Source: Octopus sinensis
Taxonomy: Eukaryota
DNA: 64,000 bases
NCBI RefSeq assembly: GCF_006345805.1
Contig: NC_042997.1
Location: 192,262,001 to 192,326,000, forward strand
Reading direction: 5' to 3'
Positions 12,250-23,936 of the stretch are shown here, piece by piece. A model generated the notes under the pieces. The model was not told where the DNA came from and searched no databases. It saw only the letters and a list, made by a program, of their open reading frames with translations. The first letter of the stretch is position 1; each line of letters starts with the position of its first letter. The translations under genes were made by a program, and so were the position numbers.

Positions 12250-12515
12250 CAACCTAATTGAAGGATTAGAGTTCTCTTTCAAACCTTTTACAGTGTAAAA
12301 CAACTTCACATGTGTTTCGAAGAAACTAATGTATGTATTAACTGTGTGTCGAGAGCAAGACATAGGCCAAACCAAAAACAGTCTACATCAAAGGATGGTT
12401 CTACATAGATCCTAGATCAAAATTTGGGAATACAGAAAAATAGCATTCAGCGAACACATCAACATTTGTGCCCCTAACAAACAACCTAGTTTCAGAGTTT
12501 TTCCCTCTATAAATT
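12250..12515 (+). mobile_element. PLE GIY-YIG endonuclease remnant
   Basis: EQDIGQTKNSLHQRMVLHR...YRKIAFSEHINICAPNKQPSFRVFPLYKF (YIGQT-like motif), frameshifted. Confidence 0.65.
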
Positions 12516-12534
12516 CCTATATATATATATATAA

Positions 12535-13310
12535 GGGAAATAAGACAAGGTAGAAAATGCTAAAATAATTTTATCAATGAAGAACATCTTAGTACCGGTT
12601 TCAGTCTTTGCGACTTTTTCAACTTAGAGTAAAGCACGAAAACAATTAGATTGTGGAAAAATTAAATGAAATTTAAAAAAAAATATTTCCATAGTTTTCA
12701 AATACAAGGAACATTTTCCTTTTTTCTGTCTGTCTCTCTCTCTTTTACTCATGGAAAGTCTTGGTAGCAGATAGCAGCCGTCCTAATATTTGATATGAGG
12801 TCTTGGTTTAGATTGTTTAAGAAGAAGAAAAAGAAGAAGAACGAGGAGGAGGAGGAGAAGAAGAAGAAGAAGAAGAAGAAGAAGAAGAAGAAGAAGAAGA
12901 AAAAAAGAAGAAGAAGAAATGCAGGAGTGGCATGACAGTAGTATGATGTTGCTGGAATCCTCTTAAATGGTCAAGTGACCTAAAAGTGACCTGTTGTGAT
13001 TGTAATAGTAGTGACTGGAATTGTTCTGAATAAATTCATGGGTAGTGACTCTTCTGAATATATTGTTGTTAATATTTGCATGGGTATTATTCTGAGGCCC
13101 TTGTGTGATTTGTGGTGGATGCATTCAAATGGGGTTTATATTTTGTGATGAAATATGATTCTTTGCTAATGCACTGATTATAGGTTGCATCGTCCCTGAA
13201 TTTATAGAAGGGAAAAATTCTGAAGCTGGGTTGTTCGTTAGTGGTGCAAATGTTGATGTGTTTGCTGAATGCTATTTTTCTGTATCTGTAGAATAAACAA
13301 GAAACACATA
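12535..13310 (-). mobile_element. PLE 3' remnant: GIY-YIG C-terminus plus 3' pLTR, interrupted by (GAA)n
   Basis: Minus strand YRKIAFSKHINICTTNEQPSFRIFPFYKFRDDATYNQCISKESYFITKYKPHLNA, followed by T-rich 3' region with a hammerhead-like fold. Confidence 0.65.
12587..12628 (-). ncRNA. Degenerate minimal hammerhead fold
   Basis: TCTAAG-TTGAAAAA-GTCGCAAAGACT-GAAA-CCGG-TA-CTAAGA; palindromic stem III ACCGGT; C3 and G8 substituted. Confidence 0.45.
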
Positions 13311-13317
13311 CATGAGT

Positions 13318-13546
13318 ACTCTTTTACTCTTTACTCTTTTACTTGTTTCAGTCATTTGACTGTGGCCATGCTGGAGCACCGCCTTTAGTCGAGCAAATCG
13401 ACCCCAGAACTTATTCTTTGTTTGTCTAGTATTTATTCTATCAGTCTCTTTTGCCGAACCGCTAAGTTATGGGGGACATAAACACACCAGCATTGGTTGT
13501 CAAGCAATGTTGGGGGACAAACACAGACACACACACACAAACACAC

Positions 13547-13599
<53 letters not shown>

Positions 13600-13773
13600 C
13601 ACATATATACAATGGGCTTCTTTCAGTTTCTGTCTACCAAATCCACTCACAAGGCTTTAGTTGGCCCGAGGCTATAGTAGAAGACACTTGCCTAAGGTGC
13701 CATGCAGTGGGACTGAACCTGGAACCATGTGGTTGGTAAGCAAGCTACTTACCACACAGCCACTCCTGCACCT
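13318..13773 (-). mobile_element. Full SINE family A
   Basis: Collinear with other family A copies. Confidence 0.85.
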
Positions 13774-14225
13774 ATGTACCTATATATTTTTTTAAGTGAC
13801 TCAAAGGCACTTATAAAAAATAGCAAGTTAACAACTTGGCTATTTTAGTCACTGTTGAAACATTCTGTCAGTTAAAAAATATATATACATTCATTTGTAC
13901 ATATTGGAAGTGCATCAAGCTATAGATACCTTGCCAAATCAAACACTGGAATATGATGCAGTCCTCTGGCTCATCAGCTCCTGCAGAACCATCCAACTCA
14001 TATCAGCATGAGTTGGATGTATCCAAAACAGATTCTAATTTGAGCCATGTTCTCTCTATAAAAACAAGGCAATTTTTGAATTCCAGTCAGAAGCAAGGCA
14101 GTTGCAGCATAGCTCCATATTTTGCTCTCTTAACGTTCAAAAATCAAAGAAATTTGTGCAACTGGATAAGTCTTTAAAAATTAAAAGATAAAAAATCTAA
14201 ACGAATACCTGTGTATTTTCAACTT

Positions 14226-14263
<38 letters not shown>

Positions 14264-14265
<2 letters not shown>

Positions 14266-14496
14266 GGAGTAAACACATAAATGTGAAACAAGGTGGAAAA
14301 AAGAGTACTCAAATACCAGTGGTAGAGTAATATGCTTTATTTAAAGCAGCAGAAAATTCAACAAAACCTGTTACTCTGAGTTTCCCGTTGCCGTTTGTCG
14401 GACAGTTTTTGCTAGAAAAAAACTGTCCGACAACGGCAACGGGAAACTCAGAGTAACAGGTTTTGTTGAATTTTCTGCTGCTTTAAATAAAGTATA
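14264..14496 (-). mobile_element. Palindromic PLE-type footprint (arms 14331-14410/14416-14496) with ~65-nt tail on the left
   Basis: tatgctttatttaaagcagcag...cggacagttttt GCTAG aaaaaaactgtccg...ctgctgctttaaataaagtata; hammerhead-like CTGT-CCGACA-ACGGCAACGG-GAAA-CTCAGAG-TA-ACAG at 14423-14459. Confidence 0.75.
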
Positions 14497-14880
14497 TATA
14501 TATATATAAATTGTTCCCTCTTTAAGGTGATTCAGTAAATAAAACCAGCTTACATATTTCTTTTGTATTTTCTTTTTTATAATTGTCATTTTACTTGTAA
14601 CCACACCTTTTCTGTTTTAAAACAGGGGGCTGCAATGGATTAATTACATTTTAGTTAATTTCAATGGAACAAATTGATTTGTAAAACAAGTGAATTGTAA
14701 GATGAACTTGGTCATGGAACAAATTAAACTCATACTGTGTGGTATCACCGTATATATATATAATACCATTAAGAGTCTTTATTCCAGATAAATTAAAAAG
14801 ATATCATGATATCATGTTTTTATTAGTTTTCTTTTAACAGATAATCATAATTAAATAGAAAATAATAATATATAAAAGAT

Positions 14881-15274
14881 AGGCGTAGGAGTGGCTGTGT
14901 GTTAAGTAGCTTGCTTACCAACCACATGGTTCTGGGTTCAGTCCCACTGTGTGGCACCTTGGGCAAGTGTCTTCTACTACAGCCTTGGGCCGACCAAAGC
15001 CTTGTGAGTGGATTTGGTAGACGGAAACTGAAAGAAGCCCGTCATATATATGTATATATGTATGTCTGTGTGTGTGTATAAGTTTGGGTGTCTGTGTTTG
15101 TCCCCTCAACATCGCTTGACAACCGATGCTGGTATGTTTACATCCCCGTAACTTAGCGGTTTAGCTAAAGAGACCAATAGAATAAGTACAAGGCTTACAA
15201 AGAATAAGTCCTGGGGTCGATTTGCTTCAGCATGGCCGCAGTCAAATGACTGAAACAAGTAAAAGAATAAAAGA
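14881..15274 (+). mobile_element. Full SINE family A
   Basis: Head plus 3' module. Confidence 0.85.
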
Positions 15275-16119
15275 CTAGCAAGGGAGAATGGGCACCAGTC
15301 AGCCAGCGCAAAGGTTAGGGCAGGCTGCACTTGCCTACCTCGGTTGCTATGGCATTGAGGCAGATCTGGCCACCCTCATTAACGGGAACAAAACCCGAAT
15401 TTACAGCACTGGATGATGATGATGATAATGATAAATATATAAAACAGACTATTATTTTTTTACAGATAATTGTCTATTCTGTGACCTAACTGGTGATTAG
15501 AATTTTTCTTATTATACACATGCCAAGTTGGCTGTGGTTGCCAATATATACACATACGATAATTGCTAATTATGCTTTCGTTATATGCTAGGGTTACTGT
15601 GATATCTAAGATATAGAATTGGCTGGCTACGATGTCAAAGATATATATACTAGAGTCACTATGATTGCTAAGGTAGCTGCTGGTCTGGCATTGTTGTCTA
15701 ATATATATATATACTAGAATGGCTGTATTCTAAGATATATGCTAGAATGGGTATGTTTACACACACACACACACACAGATACATCCACACACACACTCAC
15801 ACACACTCACACACACACACACACACTCACACACACTATCACACACACACACACACATACTCAAAAACAATATCACACACACACACACATACTCTCACAC
15901 ACACTCATACACATACTTACACACAATATCACACACTTACACACATGCAAACTCTCACACACACCCACTCACACATACGCACATACACTTACACACACTC
16001 ACATACACTATCACACACACACATGCACGTGTACACACATACACACTCTCTCACACACACTCACACTCTCTCTCTCACACACACATGTGCGCATACTCAT
16101 ACACACACACCTATGAGTA

Positions 16120-16337
16120 TACGAGGTGGGTGCTGAAAAGTTCCTGGCTTTGGGCAAAAGAAAATACCGGAGGATCAATTAATAATGATTTTATTCAACA
16201 TGTTCCTTTCTCAGATTCACACACTTATTGCAGAGGTCCTTCAATTCTCCTAAGCCCTGTAAAGGAACTTGGAAAATTGAACCTCCAAACAGGCCTTTTG
16301 CAATACTCTTAAAGCCAGGAACTTTTCACCCCACCCC
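16120..16337. mobile_element. Mariner-type MITE
   Basis: TIRs tacgaggtgggtgctgaaaagttcctggcttt / aaagccaggaacttttcaccccacccc; second copy in opposite orientation at ~52493-52701. Confidence 0.7.
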
Positions 16338-17156
16338 ACTTTGCCTATATGGGTGTGTGGTAAGAGGTCTGCTTCCCAATTACATGATGATGGTGATAAT
16401 GAGGACAATTCTCAGCTGGACAGTTGCTTGGTCCACTTTCATCCTCTACTTAATCCTTACAACCCCCTAGAAAAAAAAAAACAAGGAAGAAACAAAAAAA
16501 AACCCAGCCAAATCTTCTTCACCCTTTATTTGTCTATGGAAAGAAATGTTAGGTAACATATTCCTAGATGGAGGGATGGTTATGGCTGGAATACCTTTGA
16601 CCAAAGTGCTGAACAAAGAAAGTTAGTACATTATTTACATTATTTTGATTATGTAGCGGCACAAGCAGCCAGTGCCATATTGGATGAGATCTCGCAGCAA
16701 CCATTGCCATCTCCAAGACTGGAGCAAGACCTCACCTGCATCCATTTGCCATGCATGAAATCACAATGAGGCTCACGATGAAAACTATATAAACGGGAAC
16801 CCAATTCAGACCTGTCTCTCTTCTTCGGCGCCATTACACAGCAGCACTGGCTGAACACCAACACTGGCAGAGCTTTTCTGCCTGTCTATCTCCAGAGGCA
16901 ATGCACCCACACTATCAGAGCTTAAGATGGTAGCTGAGAGCAGCACACTTCACTTTTCCTGTAAATAAACCAGTTGTAAATAGCATTTATGCTTGAAGTT
17001 TTTTCTCTTTGCCTGCCGGAAGCCTGAACTACATAAAGAACAAGAAGATGATGGAAGAAAACGATATTCCTCCGATATCGTAAACCTTGCCTTCCATTAC
17101 TAAAATTATTTACATTCGACAGATATTTGTCCTCATCTTGTTTGTTGTTAACACAC

Positions 17157-18420
17157 ATGTATGGTCTCCTTAAGATTCACAAGGATGGTATTCCATTAAG
17201 ACCTATAGTGAGCTGTAGAGGTTCAGCATGTCATCCACTGAGCCGCTTCCTTGTGGATATAATCAGTCCATTAGCAGGAAAGTCAACATCGTACGTGAAG
17301 AATTCCACCCACTTCACAGAATTGATCAAGGATACCCCCATTGAATCCAACCAGATGGTGAGTCTAGGTGTGACAAGCCTGTTCACCAAAGTCCCAACTG
17401 GTGAAGCACTATCGGTGATACAAGAAGAACTAGTGACAGACACCCATCTAAAAGAATGCACTAGTATACCAATAAGAAACTTGATAGAAATAACCTTCTG
17501 TGTAGAAACTATCTACTTCAGTATGGACACTGATATATATCGACAAGAGGAGGGTTTAGCTATGGGTTCGCCATTATCACCGGTAACAGCCAATATATAC
17601 ATGGAATACTTACAGAATTTGGCTTTAGGATCAACACCACTAAAACCAACACTATGTTGATGACACCTTTATACTTGGCCCCACCAGGAAGATGTCCAAG
17701 TGCTATTAGATCATGTGAACTCAATAAAGCCATCCATACAGTTCACAATGGAAAAGGAAACAGACAATCAGCTGGCATTTCTGGACGTATTAACAGCATG
17801 CACTAAGTATGGATTCAGGACATCTGTATACCACAAGCTGACCTTTACTGGACAATACCTCAACTTCAATTCCCACCATCCATACAGTTTAAAGAGAGGG
17901 ATTGCTCAGTGCCTAATACATCATACAAAGAATATAAGTAGCGATTGTGATACACACCACGAAGAAATGATCAAGCTCAATAATGATCTGTTAAGCAACA
18001 ACTACCCCAAAAGTATATCATCCACTCTAATTATGAAGAAGAGAGAGGATGAGGCCTATAAACGGTCCACAGTCTGTCTACCTATGTAAAAGGCCTCTTC
18101 GAAAAGATACAAAAGATATGCGGTTCATATGACATCAGGACAGTATTCAAGAGTAATACAACACTTCACAAATATCTCCTTTGAGTAGAACCCACCAATA
18201 AAAGAGAATATGACCAAAGACTGCATGTACTCCATCCCATGCAGCTGTAGTAGGTTATACAAAGGCGAAACTTGCTGCCCTTTCAAGATAAGGGTTGACA
18301 AACATCGCAAAGCTGTGACACTAGGAGATATTGATAAATCGGGTATAGCTGATCATGTATAGAAAGATGGAGAGCACCTCACTATAGTTAAAATAATAGA
18401 CAGAGAAAATTACTGGTTAG
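17157..18420 (+). mobile_element. Decayed Penelope-like element, Poseidon/Penelope type (RT plus GIY-YIG), 5'-truncated
   Basis: YGLLKIHKDGIPLRPIVS, GLAMGSPLSP, YVDDTF (17653), LAFLDV, YHKLTFTGQYLNFNSHHP, then DCMYSIPCSCSRLYKGET...ADHV; frameshifts and stops. Confidence 0.85.
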
Positions 18421-18424
18421 TCGG

Positions 18425-18574
18425 TGGCTAAAGAAGAAAAAGAAGAAGGTGAAGGTGGAGGAGGAGAAGAAGGAGGAGGAGGGCAGCAGCAGCAGCAGCA
18501 GAAGAAGAAGAAGAAGAAGAAGAAGAAGAAGAAGAAGAAGAAGGAGGAGGAGGAGGAGGAGAAGAAGGAGGAGG

Positions 18575-18606
<32 letters not shown>

Positions 18607-19125
18607 AGAAGAAGAAGAAGAAGAAGAAGAAGAAGAAGAAGAAGAAGAAGAAGAAGAAGAAGAAGAAGGAGGAGGAGGAGGAGGAGAAGAAGAAGACAAA
18701 GAAGAAGAAGAAGAAGGAGGAGGAGGAGAAGAAGAAGAAGAAGAAGAAGGAGGAGGAGGAGGAGGAGAAGAAGGAGGAGAAGAAGGGAGGAGAAGAAGAG
18801 CAACAACAACAACAGCTGCAACAAATATGACAACAATAGCAATGGTGATAACAGCAAGCAAGATGAAGTAGAAGAACAGCAATAATAACAACAACAACAA
18901 CAACAGCAAGAGCAATAATAACAACAGCAAATATGTCAACAACATCAACAATAACATCAATAACAACAACCACAGCAACAACAGAAGCTAACAGCACCAA
19001 CAACAACAACAATGGTAGCAGCAGTAACCATAACAACAGCAATGATAATAATCACAGCAACAAAAAACACAACAACAACAACAACAACAAGAATAGCAGT
19101 AACAACAACATCAACTACAAATGCG
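18425..19125. repeat. Compound trinucleotide array (GAA/GAG/CAG/CAA)n
   Basis: Direct reading; source of spurious poly-E/K/R/L/S ORFs. Confidence 0.95.
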
Positions 19126-19619
19126 CTCATTGGTCCACATCAGGGATCCCTAACTACTAGGTTTGCAGACAGGTTGTGGAATGTCTGCTTCTGGGTCATG
19201 CAGAAAGAATGAATTTTTATAATTTTATTTCTAGTTTATTGATTGTTGCAGTCTGCAGGGAGTTTTTACATGATAAATATATACTACATTTGTATTTGGT
19301 TGGAATCGTAGTCGCAGCCGATGCCAGCGCTGTGTGAGTGGCACTTGTGCCAGTGGAGCCTAAAAGGCACTGTTCAAGCTTTGAGCCTCGTAGCCATGAC
19401 CAATGCCAGTGGCATGTAAAAAGCACCCACTACACTCTTTGAGTGGTTGGCGTTAGGAAGGACATCCAGCTGTAGAATCCATGTCAAATCAGATTTGAAC
19501 CTAGTGTAGCTCCCCAGCTTACCAGTTTTCAGTCAAACCGTCCAACCCATGCCTGTATGGAAAATCGACATTAAATAATAATGTGTAATAATTGAATTAT
19601 ATGGTAAGTACCCTCTCTT

Positions 19620-20015
19620 ATTTCTTTATTGGCCACAAGGGGCTAAACATAGATGGGACAAACAAGGACAGATTAAGGGATTAACTCGATTACATTGATT
19701 CCAGTGCATAACTGGTACTTACTTTATCGACCCCGAAAGGATGAAAGGTAAAGTCGACCTCGGCAGAATTTGAACCCAGAACGTAAAGACAGACGAAATA
19801 CCTATTTCTTTACTACCCACAAGGGGCTAAACACAGAGAGGACAAACAAGGACAAACAGATTAAGTTGATTATATGAACCGCAGTGCGCAACTGATACTT
19901 ATTTAATCGACCCCAAAAGAATGAAAGGCAAAGTTGACCTCAGCAAAATTTGAACTCAGAACGTAGCGGCAGACGAAATACCGCTAAGCATTTCGCCCGG
20001 CGTGCTAACGTTTCT
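19620..20015 (-). mobile_element. Head-to-tail dimer of SINE family B (cctttcatcctttcggggtcgataaa core)
   Basis: Two body units and one head (gagctggcagaaacgttagcacgccgggcgaaatgc). Confidence 0.75.
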
Positions 20016-20960
20016 GCCAGCTCACTGCCTTGATCGTGTCATTCATGAGAAGAGACTCAATAGATTGCAGTGTGGTAGCTGCTCTACAAGGCACGTCACT
20101 CCAAACGGCAAGTTGAGTCATATGCAAGTGATCCTTTTCATCTCGAGCTCTTTGAACAAGTCGGGTGGGACATCGACAATGACGACAACAGCGGGACCAC
20201 TGCCGCCACCGCCAATGTAAGCACTCTCTCTTGCTCTGACTGTTTCTCTATCGTTTTCTCTAACTCTCTCCCACCTTCTTTCTCTTCCCTTGTTCTTTTG
20301 GGGTAGCTAAGTTTCTCCTCTATAGTAAGACAACTACCCCTGTCCCTCTGGCTTACTTTGACCTCTAGCCTGGCATACAGCCACTTCTCTTGGTTCCATC
20401 CCTTCTCTCAACAAAGAGGTTTTTGTCATGCTAATTACTTGGCTACCCTGCACTAGCAGGCTTGTGCCACATAAAAATCACTCATGCCTGTGTCACGTAA
20501 AAGGCACCTGTGCCAGTGCCTCATAAAAAGCATCTGTGCTAGTGCTATTTAAACTGCACCTGTACTGGTACCACATAAAAGGCACCTGTGCTTGTACCTC
20601 ATAAATGACACCTGTGCTTGTGCCTTATGAATAGCACCTGTGCTGTGTAAAAAGCACCTGTGCCATGTAAAAAGCTGGTGTCATGTTAAAAAAGACCAGG
20701 GCCAGTGTCATATAAGAAAGCACCCAGAACACTCTGTAAAGTGGGTGGCATTAGGAAGGGCATTCAGCCATAGAAACCAAGCTAAAACAAACAGTTGGGG
20801 CCTGGTGCAGCTCTTTAGCTTGTCAGTTCCTTGTCAAACCGTCCAACCCAGACCAGCATGGAAAACGGATGTTAAATGATGATGATGAGAATGTGACAAT
20901 GATGTGACAATTTGAACCTGGTGCAGCTCCCCAGCTTATCAGTTCTCAGTAAAACCATCC

Positions 20961-21600
20961 AACCCATGTCTGCATGGAAAGCGGACATTAAATAATAATA
21001 TGTAATAATTGAATTATATACTAAGCACTCTCTCTTATTTCTTTATTGCCCATGAGGGGCTAAACATAGAGGGGACAAACAAGGACAGACAAAGGGATTA
21101 GGTCAATTACATTGACTCCAGTGCGTAACTGGTACTTAATTTATTGACTCTGAAAGGATGACAGGCAAAGTCAACCCATGTCTGCATGGAAAGCGGACAT
21201 TAAATAATAATATGTAATAATTGAATTATATACTAAGCACTCTCTCTTATTTCTTTATTGCCCATGAGGGGCTAAACATAGAGGGGACAAACAAGGACAG
21301 ACAAAGGGATTAGGTCAATTACATTGACTCCAGTGCGTAACTGGTACTTAATTTATTGACTCTGAAAGGATGACAGGCAAAGTCAACCCATGTCTGCATG
21401 GAAAGCGGACATTAAATAATAATATGTAATAATTGAATTATATACTAAGCACTCTCTCTTATTTCTTTATTGCCCATGAGGGGCTAAACATAGAGGGGAC
21501 AAACAAGGACAGACAAAGGGATTAGGTCAATTACATTGACTCCAGTGCGTAACTGGTACTTAATTTATTGACTCTGAAAGGATGACAGGCAAAGTCAACC
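20961..21600. repeat. Essentially perfect 212-bp tandem triplication spanning a SINE D/SINE B junction
   Basis: aacccatgtctgcatgg starts at 20961, 21173 and 21385. Confidence 0.9.
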
Positions 21601-22210
21601 TTGGCAGAATTTGAACCCAGAACATAAAGACTGATGAAATACCTATTTCTTTACTGCCCACAAGGGGCTACACACAGAGGGAACAAACAAGGACAGACGA
21701 ATGGATTAAGTCTATTATATCAACCCCACTGCGTAACTGGTACTTATTTAATTGACCCTGAAAGGATGAAAGGCAAAGTCAACCTCGGTGGATATTTGAA
21801 CCTAGAACATAAAGACAGATGAAATACCTATTTCTTTACTACCCACAAGGGGCTAAACACGGAGAGGACAAACAAGGACAGACAAACGGATTAAGTCGAT
21901 TACATCGACCTCAGTGCGTAACCGGTATTTATTTAATTGACTCCGAAAGGATGAAAGGCAAAGTCGACCTTGGCGGAATTTGAACTCAGAACGTAGTGGC
22001 AGATGAAATACCTATTTCTTTACTACCCACAAGGGGCTAAACACAGAGAGAACAAACAAGGACAGACACACAGATTAAGTTGATTATATTGACCCCAGTG
22101 CGTTACTGGTACTTATTTAATTGACCCCGAAATGATGAACGGCAAAGTCGACCTCGGTGGAATTTGAACCCAGAACGTAAAGACAGACAAAATACTGCTA
22201 AGCATTTCGC
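21600..22210 (-). mobile_element. Tandem array of three diverged SINE B bodies
   Basis: Repeated cctatttctttactacccacaaggggctaaacac...gaatttgaacccagaac units of ~190 bp. Confidence 0.8.
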
Positions 22211-22894
22211 TTATGATGATGATTGTTTTTTGTTATGTCTGTGATCCTCTGGTCAGTGGAAAAATTGTCTTGCATGGAACCAATTCATGGGGCAAAAAAA
22301 GGTTCAGGACCATTAATGGATCAGAACTGACCTGGGGCTAAACAACAAAAGCACTGGGCGAGAAATTTGGAGGAAATGGGAAGAATTGAACGGAGTATTC
22401 TCACTATATTATTGGTATTTAGGACAGTTACATTGGCAAAGGAACCTCTACGTGTTTGATTGACCTGGTAGATGTAGCAGCAAAATCTCCCTCAAATCTC
22501 AACTCTTCTGTCTTTTAAAAGAAAAAAAAACATGTATAGGACACATGAGATAATGTGATCCTAGATGTGTTATATATTATTCTTTTGTTTCAGTCATTTA
22601 ACTGCGGCCATGCTGGAGCACCACCTTTACTGAAGAAGGTGGTAAAAAGGTGGAGGGAGACAGGATGGTCACAGCTCGAATGCCATTTGCTCATAAGTCT
22701 GGTTTGCCAGAGCTGAGCTGGAAGCAACAGCAGTAGCAGCAGGCGTCCAAGTGGTGTTGGGCGTCAACAAAGAGCCCTCGACTACAAGACGACCAAAGTT
22801 ATTTTTTTCCAAGGTCTGGGGTCTCCCGCCCCTAAGCCCTAGACCATCACCTAATCACCCTTACCCATCTTGTTGCTTAACAACAACAACGGCA

Positions 22895-23185
22895 GCTGCA
22901 GCAGCAGCAGCAGGCAAAGAAGAAGAAGAAGAAGAAGAAGAAGAAAGAAGAAGAAGAAGAAGAAGAAGAAGAGGAGGAGGAGGAGGAGGAGAAGAAGAAG
23001 GAGAAGAAGAGGAAGAAGAAGAGGAGGAGGAAGGAGAAGAAGGAGAAGAAGAAGAGGAAGGAGAAGAAGAAGAAGAAGGAGAAGAAGAAGAAGAGGAGGA
23101 ATGAGAAGAAGAAGAAGAAGAAGAAGAAGAAGCGGTGGTGGTGGTGCTATCAGAAAGCAGTAGCAGCAGCAACAGCAGCAGCAGT
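22895..23185. repeat. (GAA/GAG/CAG)n compound array
   Basis: Direct reading. Confidence 0.95.
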
Positions 23186-23507
23186 TATGTAAATTAGTTT
23201 TGCATATCTACCACCCTATTCCTCTATATATTTGACACACAGACATCACCACCACCACCACCATAACCCCCCACCACCACCACTGCCTCCACCACCATTG
23301 TCATCATCATTGTCATCATCATTGTCATCATCATCATTGTCATCATTACCATCAGTAGTAGACATCTATAGTAGTAGTTATACTAAGAGTCGCAACTGTA
23401 CTTTGGCTTGGACACACACTAAGCTCCTTCATTGTAACAATGACAACCAGTTTTCTACCTACATGATTGCTTTGATAAATTTTCTAAGGAAATTTTCACT
23501 ACATCTA

Positions 23508-23546
23508 TAATAATAATAATTATAATAATAATAATAATGATAATGA

Positions 23547-23577
<31 letters not shown>

Positions 23578-23611
23578 AAGAAGAAGAAGAATGATAATGA
23601 TGATGATAATG

Positions 23612-23673
<62 letters not shown>

Positions 23674-23686
23674 TAGAAGAAGAATG

Positions 23687-23737
<51 letters not shown>

Positions 23738-23776
23738 TAAGAAGAAGAAGAAAAGAATGATAATAAAAATAATAAC

Positions 23777-23835
<59 letters not shown>

Positions 23836-23841
23836 TAATAA

Positions 23842-23919
<78 letters not shown>

Positions 23920-23936
23920 CAATAATAATAATAATT
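23508..23936. repeat. (AAT)n/(AAG)n array
   Basis: Direct reading. Confidence 0.95.

Noticed and set aside
18388-19212. Poly-E/K/R/Q/L/S ORFs
   Set aside because: Trinucleotide arrays open in several frames on both strands.
20480-20720. CRISPR-like array of ~30-bp repeats
   Set aside because: Degenerate contiguous units without unique spacers; internal tandem repeats of SINE D in a eukaryotic context, no cas genes.
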